The notes: a model not told the origin generated them from the sequence alone. A DNA stretch of 64,000 nucleotides from Thermodesulfobacteriota bacterium (GCA_034189385.1 JAXHVD010000014.1:32001-96000); one strand, 5' to 3'. Positions 1 to 12,341 are shown, numbered from the stretch's first letter. Made by a program: numbers and translations.

Positions 1-379
1 GAAAATCAACAACCTCTCCAAAACGAAGGCGATCGATGAGGTTTCCCAAGGCCCCCCCAAATATCATGGCAAAGGCCCCCCCAATCCATGGCTTGCCGGG
101 AGTGACCCTGGAATAAAAGATCAGAATGATAACAAGGGCCAAGACCGAGATGGCCAAGAAGAACAGGGTGCGCATCCCAGTCGCGTCTCCTGCCAGCAAC
201 CCAAAGGCACCGCCAGTGTTGCGGATGTGGACCAGTGAGAAAAGCCCCGGAATCACCACGAGGGATTCATGAAGTGAAAAGGCGTGAACGACAATGGCCT
301 TGGTCACCTGATCCAACACGACAATAATGCCTGCGAACAAGAAAAATGTTGAATACTTCTTACCGCTAAAGGCAACCAT
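1..379 (-). CDS. lspA: Lipoprotein signal peptidase II (3' end outside window)
   Basis: Hand translation from ATG at 379, abutting the ileS stop: MVAFSGKKYSTFFLFAGIIVVLDQVTK...NTGGAFGLL...GGALGNLIDRLRFGEVVDF; classic LspA motifs and ileS-lspA order. Not in the ORF track because it runs off the edge. Confidence 0.95.
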   Translation of the reverse strand, partial: MVAFSGKKYSTFFLFAGIIVVLDQVTKAIVVHAFSLHESLVVIPGLFSLVHIRNTGGAFGLLAGDATGMRTLFFLAISVLALVIILIFYSRVTPGKPWIGGAFAMIFGGALGNLIDRLRFGEVVDF

Positions 380-3199
380 CTAGATACCGTCATCGCCCCT
401 TTGAAGGGCCTGCACGCATCGAGAACACAGGGTCTGGTGAGTGTGGTCAGTGCCCACAGACAGATCATGTATCCAGCAACGTTCGCACTTTGCGCCAGGG
501 GCACGATCTATGCCTATGGCAAGGCCTGGGATCTTGTGGCTAAGGGGGCCCTTTTCCAACCCTCTGTTCGACACGATCGATACTTCGGATGCGATAAAAA
601 CAGCGCGGAGTTCTTCTTCAGTGGGCTTCACTGTTTCGAGGAATTCCTTGGGAAGGTCCAGCGCCACTGCGGCATCGAGGGAGTGGCCGATCACCTTCTG
701 GACCCTTGCCTCTTCCATGGCCTTGCTCACCTCTCCCCTCAATGTCATGATAGATTCCCATCGTTCTGAAAGCCCTGCATCCAGAAACGATTCGTCTACC
801 TCGGGCAACTGCGCCAGATGAACACTTGTGGGCCTGTCGTCTGCCTTGGGCATGTGCTGCCATACCTCCTCTGCCATGAAAACAATGATAGGGGCCATGA
901 GGCGCGCCAAGGTGTCGACAATGATGTACAGTGCACTCTGGGCCGACCGCCTGGCATGGGATTTCCTGGGCGACGTATAGAGTCTGTCCTTTAACACGTC
1001 CAGGTAAAAGGCACCCATATCCAAGGTACAGTAGTTGTACAAGGCATGATAAACGGCATGGAACTCGAAGGATTCATAGGCCCCACGGGTTCGTCTCACC
1101 AGATGCTGAAGTCTGAGTAAGGCAAACCGATCAATCTCGTGCATCTGTGCATATGGCACGACATCTCCCTTAGGATCAAAATCGCCCAAGTTGCCAAGGA
1201 TGAACCGGCTGGTGTTACGGATCCGGCGGTAGGCGTCTGTCAGCTGTTTGAGGATCTTCTCCGATATCTTGATATCATCCTGGTAGTCTGATGCCGCAAC
1301 CCACAGCCGGAGGATCTCGGCACCATAGCGGTTAATGATCTCGCTGGGCGCAATCACGTTCCCCTTGGACTTGGACATCTTTTCTCCCTTACCATCCACG
1401 ACAAAACCGTGGGTCAGCACACTCCGGTAAGGGGCCTTCCCACGGGTACCCACGGCAGTGAGCAACGCACTATGGAACCATCCCCGATGCTGATCGCTCC
1501 CCTCCAGGTACATGTCTGCCGGCCACCTGAGACCATCTCTAGCCTCAAGGACAGCGGTGTGGCTTACCCCTGAGTCAAACCACACATCCAAAATATCCTT
1601 CTCTTTATCAAAGGTGTCTCCCTGGCATTCAGGGCACTTTGTCCCCTTAGGCAGGAGAAAGGCCGCGTCGGCTTCAAACCAGATGTCAGCCCCATGGGCT
1701 TCAAAGAGGGCGGCCACATGATCAATGATGTCGGCCGTGATGAGGCGTGATCGGCATTTTGTGCAATAAAAAGCCACAATGGGCACCCCCCACGACCGCT
1801 GCCTGGAGATACACCAGTCCGGGCGGTTCTCAATCATCCCGTAGATGCGGTCCCGACCCCAAGCCGGAATCCAGCGTACCTGGTCAATAGATGTCAGGGC
1901 CTTTTGTCTCAGCCCTGCCTTCTCCATAGAAATGAACCATTGCTCCGTGGCCCGAAAGATCACGGGTTCCTTGCAACGCCAGCAGTGAGGGTACGTATGC
2001 TCCACGCGCCCTTTACTGACCAGTTTCCCGCATTCTTCAAGCTTGGAAATGACAACGCTGTTTGCATCAAAAACAAACATACCGGCCAGAAACTCCACAT
2101 CTTTTTCAAAGCAGCCATCATCGTCCACAGGGGAATAGATCTCTAAGCCATACTCCAGGCCAGCCTCATAGTCTTCCCGTCCGTGGCCCGGTGCCGTGTG
2201 GACACAACCCGTTCCAGTATCCAAGGTCACGTGCTCAGCAAGGATTACCATAGAGTCTCGATCGTAGAGGGGATGACGGCACAGGGACTTCTCCAGTCTG
2301 TGGGGGTCCACTTGTTCCAATACCTTATAGTCCCTGATCCCAGAGGCCTCCATGGTGCTCTCCACAAGGGCCTGGGCCAGGATATAAACCTCGCCGCCCC
2401 CTACGTCCACTGCCACATACTCAAAGGCAGGATGGATGGCCACAGCCAGATTGGCCGGAATTGTCCATGGGGTAGTCGTCCAGATGACCAGAGAGACGTT
2501 CTTTCCCTTCAGGGAGGGGAAATCGCCTCCTATGTCTGAAATCAGAGGGAACTTGACGTAGATAGATGGAGAGGTGCGGCTCTTGTACTCCACTTCTGCT
2601 TCTGCCAGGGCTGTGTGACACGTGCTGCACCAATAGATAGGCTTGGTGCTCTTAAAGAGGCTTCCGTCAGCGGCAAATTTTCCAAACTCCCTGACGATAG
2701 TTGCCACATAGCCGTGGTTCATCGTGAGATAGGGGTTATCCCACTCGCCCATCACACCGAGCCTCTTGAACTCTTCCCTCTGGAGCCCAATGTATTTCTT
2801 TGCATAGGCCCGGCACTGCCTTCTCACTTCTGTTTGACCCATCTCTTTCTTCTTCTCGCCAAGCTCCTGGTCAACCTGATGCTCAATGGGAAGGCCGTGG
2901 CAATCCCATCCCGGCACATAGGGCACGTTAAAACCATTCATCTGGCGAGATCGGATAATCATGTCCTTCAATATCTTGTTCAGGGCCGTGCCAATATGGA
3001 TATGTCCGTTGGCATAGGGGGGGCCGTCATGAAGAATGAAAGGGGGCTTGCCCTTGGATGCTTCCCTGATCTGTTCGTAAAGCCCGCCGCCTTCCCAGGC
3101 CTTGAGCATTTCAGGTTCTTTCTGAGCAAGATTTGCCTTCATGGGAAAGTCTGTTCGAGGAAGATTCAAAGTGGCTTTATAGTCCATGTCATGCTCCAA
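380..3199 (-). CDS. ileS: Isoleucine--tRNA ligase (type 1)
   Basis: [44 protein letters not shown]-terminal CERCW zinc motif. True start may be MDYK at 3187. Confidence 0.98.
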   Translation of the reverse strand: MEHDMDYKATLNLPRTDFPMKANLAQKEPEMLKAWEGGGLYEQIREASKGKPPFILHDGPPYANGHIHIGTALNKILKDMIIRSRQMNGFNVPYVPGWDCHGLPIEHQVDQELGEKKKEMGQTEVRRQCRAYAKKYIGLQREEFKRLGVMGEWDNPYLTMNHGYVATIVREFGKFAADGSLFKSTKPIYWCSTCHTALAEAEVEYKSRTSPSIYVKFPLISDIGGDFPSLKGKNVSLVIWTTTPWTIPANLAVAIHPAFEYVAVDVGGGEVYILAQALVESTMEASGIRDYKVLEQVDPHRLEKSLCRHPLYDRDSMVILAEHVTLDTGTGCVHTAPGHGREDYEAGLEYGLEIYSPVDDDGCFEKDVEFLAGMFVFDANSVVISKLEECGKLVSKGRVEHTYPHCWRCKEPVIFRATEQWFISMEKAGLRQKALTSIDQVRWIPAWGRDRIYGMIENRPDWCISRQRSWGVPIVAFYCTKCRSRLITADIIDHVAALFEAHGADIWFEADAAFLLPKGTKCPECQGDTFDKEKDILDVWFDSGVSHTAVLEARDGLRWPADMYLEGSDQHRGWFHSALLTAVGTRGKAPYRSVLTHGFVVDGKGEKMSKSKGNVIAPSEIINRYGAEILRLWVAASDYQDDIKISEKILKQLTDAYRRIRNTSRFILGNLGDFDPKGDVVPYAQMHEIDRFALLRLQHLVRRTRGAYESFEFHAVYHALYNYCTLDMGAFYLDVLKDRLYTSPRKSHARRSAQSALYIIVDTLARLMAPIIVFMAEEVWQHMPKADDRPTSVHLAQLPEVDESFLDAGLSERWESIMTLRGEVSKAMEEARVQKVIGHSLDAAVALDLPKEFLETVKPTEEELRAVFIASEVSIVSNRGLEKGPLSHKIPGLAIGIDRAPGAKCERCWIHDLSVGTDHTHQTLCSRCVQALQRGDDGI

Positions 3200-3300
3200 T
3201 GCTGGAAAGATAAATTTTCACGATGCAAATATCACAACACCATGACTTGTCAAGGAAGTGTTGAAGCACCCCAATCGCCACCGCCCCACAAAATATGGAC

Positions 3301-3335
3301 AAAAAAAGGCCTCCATGCCCGCGCACGGAGGCCTT
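3301..3335 (-). terminator. Intrinsic terminator after groEL
   Basis: Stem AAGGCCTCC/GGAGGCCTT with an A7 run at 3301, which is a U-tract on the minus strand. Confidence 0.75.
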
Positions 3336-3370
3336 ATTGAAACAACGAAACTCAGTCAATGGGATATCTG

Positions 3371-5023
<1,653 letters not shown>

Positions 5024-5097
5024 TTAGAATTTTTGTTGCTGGAGATACCAGCAAGCTTCACCTTACACGACCCTTGACACCTTGACCGTGAAGCATT

Positions 5098-5388
5098 CTA
5101 TTTCTCAATCACTCCGAGCACATCGTCTTCACGCATGATGAGGTATTCTGTACCATCGATTTTTACCTCTGTGCCCGCATATTTGCTAAAGAGTATCCGG
5201 TCATCTTTTTTTACGTCAAGGGGAAGCTTCTTACCATCCTCTGAAACTTTCCCTTTCCCCACTGCCATAACCAGACCTTCAGAGGGTTTCTCTTTGGCGC
5301 TGTCCGGGATAATGATCCCCCCCTTGGTCCTTTCTTCTTCTTCAAGACGTTTGACGAGTATTCGGTCTTGCAAAGGTCTAATCTTCAT
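5098..5388 (-). CDS. groES: Co-chaperonin GroES
   Basis: [13 protein letters not shown]...[13 protein letters not shown]; upstream of groEL. Confidence 0.99.
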   Translation of the reverse strand: MKIRPLQDRILVKRLEEEERTKGGIIIPDSAKEKPSEGLVMAVGKGKVSEDGKKLPLDVKKDDRILFSKYAGTEVKIDGTEYLIMREDDVLGVIEK

Positions 5389-5587
5389 AGTGCTACATCT
5401 CCTTCTTTCTAAATTTTCAGCCTTGTGTTGCCCTCTCTGTGGCGATTCTAACGAACTCTCCGTAAACTAGCCCATGTCACCTCCTTTCGCAAAACACTTC
5501 ATTCTTAAATCAAGCAAAATGGAATTGTGAAAAAACCATCAGGCATACAAATGGAATTGGATCATTCTACAACAAAATATATTCCGA

Positions 5588-5615
5588 AATATAATCACCG
5601 ACTTGAACTTGTAAA
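5588..5615 (-). promoter_or_regulatory. Putative groESL promoter
   Basis: Minus strand TTTACA-N16-TATATT; no CIRCE inverted repeat seen. Confidence 0.4.
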
Positions 5616-5793
5616 GGGGGAAAGGCAAAAATTTTTCGCCTGGCATGACAAGTGGGGTGGCAGGGACAGCTTCTAGCTAACCCCTAGAATGGGCCTACAA
5701 ACATGACAGATTCTGTGCTGCAACTCCCCTTTAGTACTAAACTTTTTTGATCAAAGGCTGGGCAAACACCTACCGCGGCTCACATCCTATGGC

Positions 5794-6075
5794 TCATCCT
5801 TCCTTCTTTGAAGAGCTCGATTCGCTGGTGCCTGTCTTGTCCTCCCCCCCGGGCTTCTTTTCCTTTTTCTTCGGGGAATGGGGTGCACATCCTGATTTGT
5901 GTGCATAATCCGTGACGTACCAACCGGTACCCTTCAGGTGAAAGGAGCTTTGCGAGATAAGCTTTTGAAGCTTGCCGGAACAGTGTTTACAGGTCGTCAA
6001 CGGCCTATCGGAAAACTTCTGCCAAGCCTCTACGATCCTCCCGCAATTGGTGCATTCATACTCGTAAATCGGCAT
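5794..6075 (-). CDS. FmdB-family zinc-ribbon protein
   Basis: MPIYEYECxxCG...CxxC...SFHLKGTGWYVTDY with low-complexity tail. Confidence 0.92.
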   Translation of the reverse strand: MPIYEYECTNCGRIVEAWQKFSDRPLTTCKHCSGKLQKLISQSSFHLKGTGWYVTDYAHKSGCAPHSPKKKEKKPGGEDKTGTSESSSSKKEG

Positions 6076-6107
6076 CCCAGTACCTCCGTTGGCCCAGATT
6101 CTAACTA

Positions 6108-6135
6108 AACATAATCAACCATGATCATCTGTCAA
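6108..6135 (-). promoter_or_regulatory. Putative promoter of the FmdB-family gene
   Basis: Minus strand TTGACA-N16-TATGTT. Confidence 0.45.
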
Positions 6136-6152
6136 GTGGGAAATGGTCCTTG

Positions 6153-6707
6153 TCAAACATCCCTCACCAAGTCCACCTCCCCGTGCCACCCCTTGTAGAA
6201 CTCAAACACCACGTCCAAGCCGCTGATGGGAGCTGGTTCCAAGATCGCCCTTGTCCTGTTATGCACACGCGCCTCTTCTTCCATTCTTTCCTCTGGCGAC
6301 GCCTCAAATGATTGTAGAAACTTGGTGAAACGAATAACATGAATGAGCTCATGGGTAACGATATAAAGGGCAAAAGGGAACAACCGGAGCTCCGGAGCCC
6401 CTCTTAGGGTCGAAAGGATGGTATGGTCCTGAAGACATATCTTGTAAAAATCGTATGTTGAAGAGCCGAGTGACGTCTCCACCTTCCGGCCCACATATCT
6501 CATGATCTGGGCAAAGGGCCCGTTCACCACCTCCTCTGGGGAAAGGTCAGCCAAGGTTTTGACATCATATCTGCGGGACCGCCATTCGGCGAAAGACATC
6601 TTGTAAGCATTGCTTGCCAGCTCTTCGGCCAAGGCAACTGCTTCGTTGACCACTTCCAATTGATGTCCCTCGAAATGTGGCAGTGCTTCTATGGATACCA
6701 TCTCCAC
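6153..6707 (-). CDS. Hypothetical protein with HExxH (THELIH) zincin-like motif
   Basis: 184-aa ORF; HELIH followed by a downstream EEEARVH segment that could supply the third ligand. Confidence 0.7.
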   Translation of the reverse strand: MEMVSIEALPHFEGHQLEVVNEAVALAEELASNAYKMSFAEWRSRRYDVKTLADLSPEEVVNGPFAQIMRYVGRKVETSLGSSTYDFYKICLQDHTILSTLRGAPELRLFPFALYIVTHELIHVIRFTKFLQSFEASPEERMEEEARVHNRTRAILEPAPISGLDVVFEFYKGWHGEVDLVRDV

Positions 6708-6733
6708 CCGCTTTGAGAAGGCCTAATCCTTTT

Positions 6734-6937
6734 TGTAACGTTCAAAAGTGTTGATTTGGTGGATTTCTGGACAACCAACTTCGAGATAGGAACAATCGCT
6801 TCCCTTCGGCATCCAATGCCTTTAGTTAGCCTATGCCATTTGTGTAGATGGCAATGGCTGTATGCCTGCGTTCAGCGATCATCCCTATCCCTCTGACTGC
6901 CTGCTGAAGGCCTTTGCCGCAACTTTTGAACATTACC
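6734..6937. mobile_element. MITE family A, copy 1 (about 204 bp)
   Basis: TIR GTAACGTTCAAAAGT / ACTTTTGAACATTACC; AATCCTTT on both sides (left copy offset by one extra T); body matches 12142-12341 and 37236-37552. Confidence 0.9.
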
Positions 6938-7184
6938 AATCCTTTACTTCTTAACACATTATTTGAGCTACAGCCAGCTTTCTATAGACGGACTGCAGCC
7001 CGAACAGGGATACCTTTAGCCGTTTATCACACCCCTTCTCTGGCCCTGGCCAAGGCACGGGGTCCTGAGACTGCAACGGAAAGGCAGCATACAGGGACGC
7101 CATCAGGAAAAGGCTGGACATCCCCCTTTTGTTATAATAAGAAAAAGCCCGGTTTGTAAGGACTCAAGGAATGGAGGTGATGCT

Positions 7185-7280
7185 GTGGGAAGTGTGATCA
7201 AGAAACGGAAGAAGAAAATGCGCAAGCATAAACACAAAAAGTTGATGGCCCGCACCCGCCATCAAAGAAGGAAGAAGTGA
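7185..7280 (+). CDS. AURKAIP1/COX24-domain small basic protein (ribosomal protein bS22-like), 31 aa
   Basis: GGAGGTGA RBS, GTG start, MGSVIKKRKKKMRKHKHKKLMARTRHQRRKK; upstream TGTTATAAT and downstream terminator. Below the ORF-track size cutoff. Confidence 0.92.
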   Translation: MGSVIKKRKKKMRKHKHKKLMARTRHQRRKK

Positions 7281-7310
7281 TAATGACCACATATTGCTTT
7301 TCCGACACAC

Positions 7311-7356
7311 AAAAGGCACCGCAAACCTCCAAGAAACGCGGTGCCTTTTCTTTTTT
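7311..7356. terminator. Bidirectional intrinsic terminator between the bS22-like gene and hflC
   Basis: AAAAGGCACCGC / GCGGTGCCTTTT stem followed by a T run. Confidence 0.8.
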
Positions 7357-7397
7357 GTGCAGATGACTGAAGGCTTCTTACACGATGACCGAAAAGC

Positions 7398-8342
7398 CTA
7401 TTTCCCGCCCATATACCCCTTTAAATATTTAAAAAACTCCGTGTCTGTGGAAAGTACCAGTGAGCTGTCCTTGTCCAGGGTCTCTTTGTAGATCTCAAGG
7501 GTCTTTACAAAGGAGTAGAAATCTGGATCCAGACCATAGGAGTCAGCATAGATCTTTGTAGCCTCTGCATCGGCCTTTCCCATGATGTCCTGGGCCTTCT
7601 TGTAGGCCTCTGACGTAATCTGCTTCAGATCTCTTTCCTTGTCACCTTCAATCTTGCGGGCCTCCCCTTTTCCCTCTGAACGAAACTTCTCTGCAATCTG
7701 CTTCCGCTCGGCAATCATGCGGGCAAACACCGATCTCTGGACCTCCTCCACATAATTGACCCGCTTGATCTTGACGTCCACCAGCTCAATGCCGAACTTC
7801 GCAAGCTTGGGCTGGGCCTGCTCCATGATGCTTCTGGTGATCCCCCTTCGACCTACTTTTACTGAGCCCAGGTCCCTCTTGTCCTTCATGTCCTCCAGGC
7901 CCAGTTCAAAGGTGTCCAGCTCCCGGTCTGTTCTCCTTACCGTTTCAATGAGGGGATATTCGGCCACCAGATTTCGCACCGCCGGGTCCAAGATGTCGTC
8001 CAAACGCCCCTGAGCGCCCGTCATGTTGTTGACTGTCTGGAAAAACTTCAGGGGATCAACGATCTTCCAGCGTGCAAAGGTGTCTACCCATATAAATGTC
8101 TTGTCCTTCGTGGGGATCTGTCCGGGGTCGCCATCCCACTCCTGGAGATTCTTGGGAAAGTAGTTCACATTCTGTATAAAAGGGACCTTGAATCTTAAGC
8201 CTGGCTCCGTAATGGGTTGGCCTACCACCTTGCCAAACTGGGTCACCACAACCTGCTGGGTTTCATCTACGGTGTAGACCCCTCCAGAGATGACAAGGAG
8301 GGCGATAATGGCAACTAAAATGACAAACCCTTTAGCCTTCAT
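7398..8342 (-). CDS. hflC: FtsH protease modulator HflC
   Basis: N-terminal TM, SPFH domain, RMIAERKQIAEKFRSEG, DPDFYSFVKTLE. Confidence 0.95.
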   Translation of the reverse strand: MKAKGFVILVAIIALLVISGGVYTVDETQQVVVTQFGKVVGQPITEPGLRFKVPFIQNVNYFPKNLQEWDGDPGQIPTKDKTFIWVDTFARWKIVDPLKFFQTVNNMTGAQGRLDDILDPAVRNLVAEYPLIETVRRTDRELDTFELGLEDMKDKRDLGSVKVGRRGITRSIMEQAQPKLAKFGIELVDVKIKRVNYVEEVQRSVFARMIAERKQIAEKFRSEGKGEARKIEGDKERDLKQITSEAYKKAQDIMGKADAEATKIYADSYGLDPDFYSFVKTLEIYKETLDKDSSLVLSTDTEFFKYLKGYMGGK

Positions 8343-9373
8343 TTCGGCGCCCCCTCTTCTTTGCCCAGATTCAGTAACGGCAGTACGTTCTTCTGGTCCG
8401 CATCAATGACATATTTCTTTCCTAACTTAGGGAACAGGTCCTTAAGCGCTTCCAGATAAAGACGCCTGCGCGTCACGTCCCTGGCCTTGGCATATTCCTC
8501 ATACTGGGCCGCAAACCTGGCCGCATCGCCCTTGGCCCGGTTCACCCGATCCAGGGCATACCCCTCGGCCGCCTTGATGGTCTTTTCAGCATTTCCCTTG
8601 GCAGCCGGGATCGCCTTGTTGTATTCCTCTCTGGCCTGATAGACCATGCGTTCCTTTTCCTGAATGGCCTGGTTCACCTCGTTGAAGGACGGCTGCACCG
8701 GTTCCGGTACATTGGTCTTCTTCATCTCAATGGTGGAAACATAGATCCCTGTTTCCGCCTCATCCAGTTCCTCCTGCAACAGCCCTCGTGCCTCTATAGC
8801 AATCTCTTCTCTCTTGCTGATGACCTCGTTGATACTCCTGTCGCCCACTACCAACCGCATCGTGGACTCTGACAAGTCCCGCAACGTGCTCTTTACGTTG
8901 TAGACCTTGAAAAGGTACTTCTGGGGATCCTTTACCCGGTACTGCACGATCCAGGGCACCACGCCCACGTTCAGGTCCCCTGTGAGCATCAAAGACTCCT
9001 CGTCATAGGCCTTTCCAGCGGCGTATTGTGTGCGCACACCCGCCTGAAGGGTTCTGAAACCGAACTCCTCCTTATAGACAAAGCGCACCTTGACCTTGGT
9101 GACCTTCTCAATACCTCTGGGAAACTTGACATGCAGCCCAGGGTTCACCGTTCTCACATACCGGCCAAACCGCTGCACCACGCCCACCTCGTCCACGGCC
9201 ACCGTATATACAGTGGAAGCACCCAGAAAGACAATGGCGATGAGAAGGAGAATGAGCCAGCCACCAGGGAGCTTAAACTCCTTGAATCTCTTCAGCACTT
9301 CGTCCATCTGTGGCCCCCCGCCGCCGCCAGATCTCTGTTGCTGTTGCTTAAGCTTATCCCAATCCCAGGGCAT
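8339..9373 (-). CDS. hflK: FtsH protease modulator HflK
   Basis: MPWDW N-terminus, SPFH domain (MLTGDLN), VTRRRLYLE; overlaps the hflC start. Confidence 0.95.
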   Translation of the reverse strand: MPWDWDKLKQQQQRSGGGGGPQMDEVLKRFKEFKLPGGWLILLLIAIVFLGASTVYTVAVDEVGVVQRFGRYVRTVNPGLHVKFPRGIEKVTKVKVRFVYKEEFGFRTLQAGVRTQYAAGKAYDEESLMLTGDLNVGVVPWIVQYRVKDPQKYLFKVYNVKSTLRDLSESTMRLVVGDRSINEVISKREEIAIEARGLLQEELDEAETGIYVSTIEMKKTNVPEPVQPSFNEVNQAIQEKERMVYQAREEYNKAIPAAKGNAEKTIKAAEGYALDRVNRAKGDAARFAAQYEEYAKARDVTRRRLYLEALKDLFPKLGKKYVIDADQKNVLPLLNLGKEEGAPK

Positions 9374-9525
9374 GATTCGCTCCTATCTATCGGTCTCTGA
9401 CATCCATTTTCTTCTAGACACAGCTACCACTATAGGTAAGCCCATAGACCTGGTCAAGGGAAAAGCGGTAGCAAAACACAGATTTGTTGACACCTAGAAC
9501 AAGGGTCAACTATATCCTCTTTGTC

Positions 9526-9840
9526 ATGAAGCGCAAACAGATGGCAAAGCCAGCCCCTCTCGGGAGCGTGTTGAAAGAAGCCCTAAAGGCGTCTCATATC
9601 GACGTGGATCTGGAGCTCTATGGGCTCTGGGAGCTGTGGCCGGACACCGTAGGGCCCCTTATTGAAAAAAACGCCCGGCCTGCCGCCATTAAAGGGAAAT
9701 TGCTTCTAGTAAACGTCTCGAGCGCTCCATGGATACAACAGCTTCAATACCTAAAACAAGAGTTGATCCAGAAACTAAATCAGGCCCTTGGCAGGAACGC
9801 AGTGGCAGACATTCGGTTCAAGATCGGCCCCTTGGAATGA
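9526..9840 (+). CDS. DUF721 / DciA-family protein
   Basis: WPDTVGPLIEKNARP...LLVNVSSAPWIQQL...IRFKIG. Confidence 0.85.
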   Translation: MKRKQMAKPAPLGSVLKEALKASHIDVDLELYGLWELWPDTVGPLIEKNARPAAIKGKLLLVNVSSAPWIQQLQYLKQELIQKLNQALGRNAVADIRFKIGPLE

Positions 9841-10558
9841 CGGACGACTCCCCTAGCATGGCCATCATTTCCTGACTATAGCTTCCATCTTTGTTGTGGA
9901 CAACAAGGGGGGCGGCGACCTTGAGGCCTGGTTTGCCACGTTTTAGCCCCTCTGCCAGGACCAACTCGGCATCTTTATTCTCCTTGGAATGGACCCATCT
10001 GAGTCCCTTGGGTTCAAGCTTTGAGGCTCGCATCTGCGTGAGAAGGTCTGTGGCACGGTCAGCAGCATAGATCACAAAGACACGGCCTGAGGTCTTGAGG
10101 AGCTTTTCAGCAACCCAGAGGACATCAGAGATAGCAGCTTTCACCTCGTGCTTGGCCACAGCCTTCTCAGGATCTGGATTAAGCCGACCAGAGTGGAGTT
10201 TGCGGTAAGGGGGGTTGCTGCATACGACATCTGCTACCCCCGATCTGAGATAGGGCCCGAGATCTTTCATGTCGGTGTGCAAAATGGTAATCTGGCCCTC
10301 CATATGATTCAGCCTCACGTTCTTTAAGGCCAGTTCAGCTAAGTCCTTCTGAATCTCAATCCCATAAACCTGTAGTAGCGGAAACCGGGAGGCCAAGATG
10401 AGAGGAATAATTCCACAGCCGGTCCCTAGATCAACTGCCACAGCTGGGGCTTTCAAAGATACATGATGGGCGAGCACGACGGCGTCAATGGAAAACCTGT
10501 ACCCCCTCCTTTTCTGGCATATTCTAAGTCCCTTCAGAAAAGGCGTCTCTGTAGTCAT
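9818..10558 (-). CDS. tRNA1(Val) A37 N6-methyltransferase-like SAM methyltransferase
   Basis: GYRFSIDAVVL, DLGTGCG, NPPY, AKHE. Confidence 0.88.
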   Translation of the reverse strand: MTTETPFLKGLRICQKRRGYRFSIDAVVLAHHVSLKAPAVAVDLGTGCGIIPLILASRFPLLQVYGIEIQKDLAELALKNVRLNHMEGQITILHTDMKDLGPYLRSGVADVVCSNPPYRKLHSGRLNPDPEKAVAKHEVKAAISDVLWVAEKLLKTSGRVFVIYAADRATDLLTQMRASKLEPKGLRWVHSKENKDAELVLAEGLKRGKPGLKVAAPLVVHNKDGSYSQEMMAMLGESSVIPRGRS

Positions 10559-10619
10559 GATCAGTCCTTCGGGGAAGAGCCCAACTCAGCGGCCTGGCAT
10601 TTTGTGATAAGCAAAAGGC

Positions 10620-10750
10620 TGACGGTGGCGTAGAACGTCAGAAAATAGGCTTTCCCCTCACACTGGCAAAAGCCGGAATCCAGCTCAATACGTTCTGGAC
10701 TCCAGCATTCGCCGGAATAACAAGGCTTAGGGCTTTTTACGACTCTGTCA
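10620..10750. repeat. REP-doublet miniature element family D (degenerate)
   Basis: Ends TGACGGTGGCGTAGAACGTC / GGCTTTTTACGACTCTGTCA around GCCGGAATCCAG...CTGGACTCCAGCATTCGCCGGAAT; similar to 54136-54288. Confidence 0.65.
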
Positions 10751-10791
10751 AGGTTGCCCCATCCAGCCCGTCATCCACACCCCATGGTGGA

Positions 10792-12120
10792 CTAGCCACC
10801 AAGCTTGTTCATCACCAGGCCACTTAAGACCTTTGGGAAAAAGTAAGTCGACTTGCGCGGCATAATGAGGCCCGCCTGCGATGTTTCTTCTACGTCAGAG
10901 AGTCTGGTGGGATTAAGGATAAGGGCAACGTCGCAGGTGCCATTATGAATGGCATTGAAGGCTTTTTGGATTCGGCTCGTATACAATATACGCCTTTCAT
11001 CATCTAGGGCAGCCTCTTCAAACCCTAATACCTTCTCTAACAGAAGCTTCGTGGCAATGGTGACATCGAGTTTCCTAAGGGGTCCCGGGATGTCTCCGTT
11101 ATGAAGCTGGTCCATGATCCCTGTCTTCGGGCGAAGAACATAGCCGGCCCTATGACCTCTGACAACAGCACCCATGACACCGCGCCCGGCGCCTTTGCGG
11201 ATTTTCGCCAAGAAAGGGCCAGGAGCCCCCACCTGGCCATGGGCCCCAACGTCCATGGCCTCCACATCAAAAAAGGCGCCGGCCTTTTCGGCAAATCGGT
11301 CCATGGCATTTCGGGAGACCTGGCAGAGCATTCGATGAACCGAGCGCATGATCAGTCCAGGATCTTGCATGCTGGTCAGATACATCATCACAGAATTGTA
11401 TGGGGCCCTTGCATCAGGTCCACCTTTCTGTGACTCCATCTGACGCCTGTAGATCAAGGCCGTTTCATACCGGTGGTGCCCGTCTGCGATGTAAAGTGGC
11501 TTTTGTGCCAGTTTTTCACTGACCCCTTGATGGATCTTTGGATCGGTCACGCGCCAGAGTCGGTGACGGTACCCGATCACCTCGGTGAAATCCGCATCGG
11601 GCTCCATCTCCTCTGCCGTGGACCGGAGAAGGCCCATGATCTCTTCGTCAGGATCAGAAAATAATGAGAAGACAGGGCTGAAATTGGCCTTGCATGTCTG
11701 TATCAGTCTCAGGCGGTCTGCTCTTGTGGCCGAGAAGGTCTTTTCGTGGGGAAGGATGGCGCCGCCGAAGTCCTCGAGTTCCACCAAGGCGATGAATCCA
11801 AGACGCGTGCGCAACACGCCTTCGCTCTTAAAATCCATCTTCGTCAAGTACAAGGCGGGCTCGCTGTCTTGCTTGAGTATCCCCTGTTCAAGCCATGTAT
11901 GGAAGTGCCTGGCGGCACGGGTGTATCGATCGTTTTCCTCAGTATCATCAGGTTCGTCTTGGCTCAGGATCAACCGAACCACATTTTGAGGATGCCTATC
12001 AAAATACTCCTGCCGCTCCCGCTCTGAAATAACGTCATAGGGCGGCGTGACGACATCCTTTAGATCTTGAATTCTTTCTTGATTGTAAACGATCCCTTGA
12101 AAGGGACTAATGGTGGCCAT
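10792..12120 (-). CDS. DUF1015 family protein
   Basis: PPYDVIS, ILPHEKT, YIADGHHRYETA, MPRKSTYFFPKVLSGLV. Real start is MATISPF at 12120; the longer ORF start lies inside a MITE. Confidence 0.92.
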   Translation of the reverse strand: MATISPFQGIVYNQERIQDLKDVVTPPYDVISERERQEYFDRHPQNVVRLILSQDEPDDTEENDRYTRAARHFHTWLEQGILKQDSEPALYLTKMDFKSEGVLRTRLGFIALVELEDFGGAILPHEKTFSATRADRLRLIQTCKANFSPVFSLFSDPDEEIMGLLRSTAEEMEPDADFTEVIGYRHRLWRVTDPKIHQGVSEKLAQKPLYIADGHHRYETALIYRRQMESQKGGPDARAPYNSVMMYLTSMQDPGLIMRSVHRMLCQVSRNAMDRFAEKAGAFFDVEAMDVGAHGQVGAPGPFLAKIRKGAGRGVMGAVVRGHRAGYVLRPKTGIMDQLHNGDIPGPLRKLDVTIATKLLLEKVLGFEEAALDDERRILYTSRIQKAFNAIHNGTCDVALILNPTRLSDVEETSQAGLIMPRKSTYFFPKVLSGLVMNKLGG

Positions 12121-12141
12121 GAGTCTGTTCCTTAATCTGTT

Positions 12142-12341
12142 GGTAACGTTCAAAAGTTGAGGCAAACTCTCTTAGCAGGCAGTTAAAAGGATAGGGAGGA
12201 TCGCTGAACGTAGGCATACAGCCATTTCGATCCACACCGATGGTATTGGCTACTTAAAGGCCTTGGATGCCGAAGAGAAGCGATTCGCCCTATCCGGAAT
12301 GTCTATTCAGGAATAGACTGTCACAACTCCTGAACGTTACC
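12142..12341. mobile_element. MITE family A, copy 2 (200 bp, inverted, more diverged)
   Basis: TIR GGTAACGTTCA / TGAACGTTACC with perfect 8-bp direct repeat AATCTGTT (12134-12141 and 12342-12349). Confidence 0.92.

Noticed and set aside
5389..5790. CIRCE element before groES; direct repeat AAATGGAATTG x2
   Set aside because: No TTAGCACTC-N9-GAGTGCTAA present; the 11-bp repeat in AT-rich DNA is too weak to interpret.
6914..7159. ORFs starting or containing PQLLN(I/V)TN (6914, the 12165 extension, 37478)
   Set aside because: They are translations of the MITE A terminal repeat, not a protein family.
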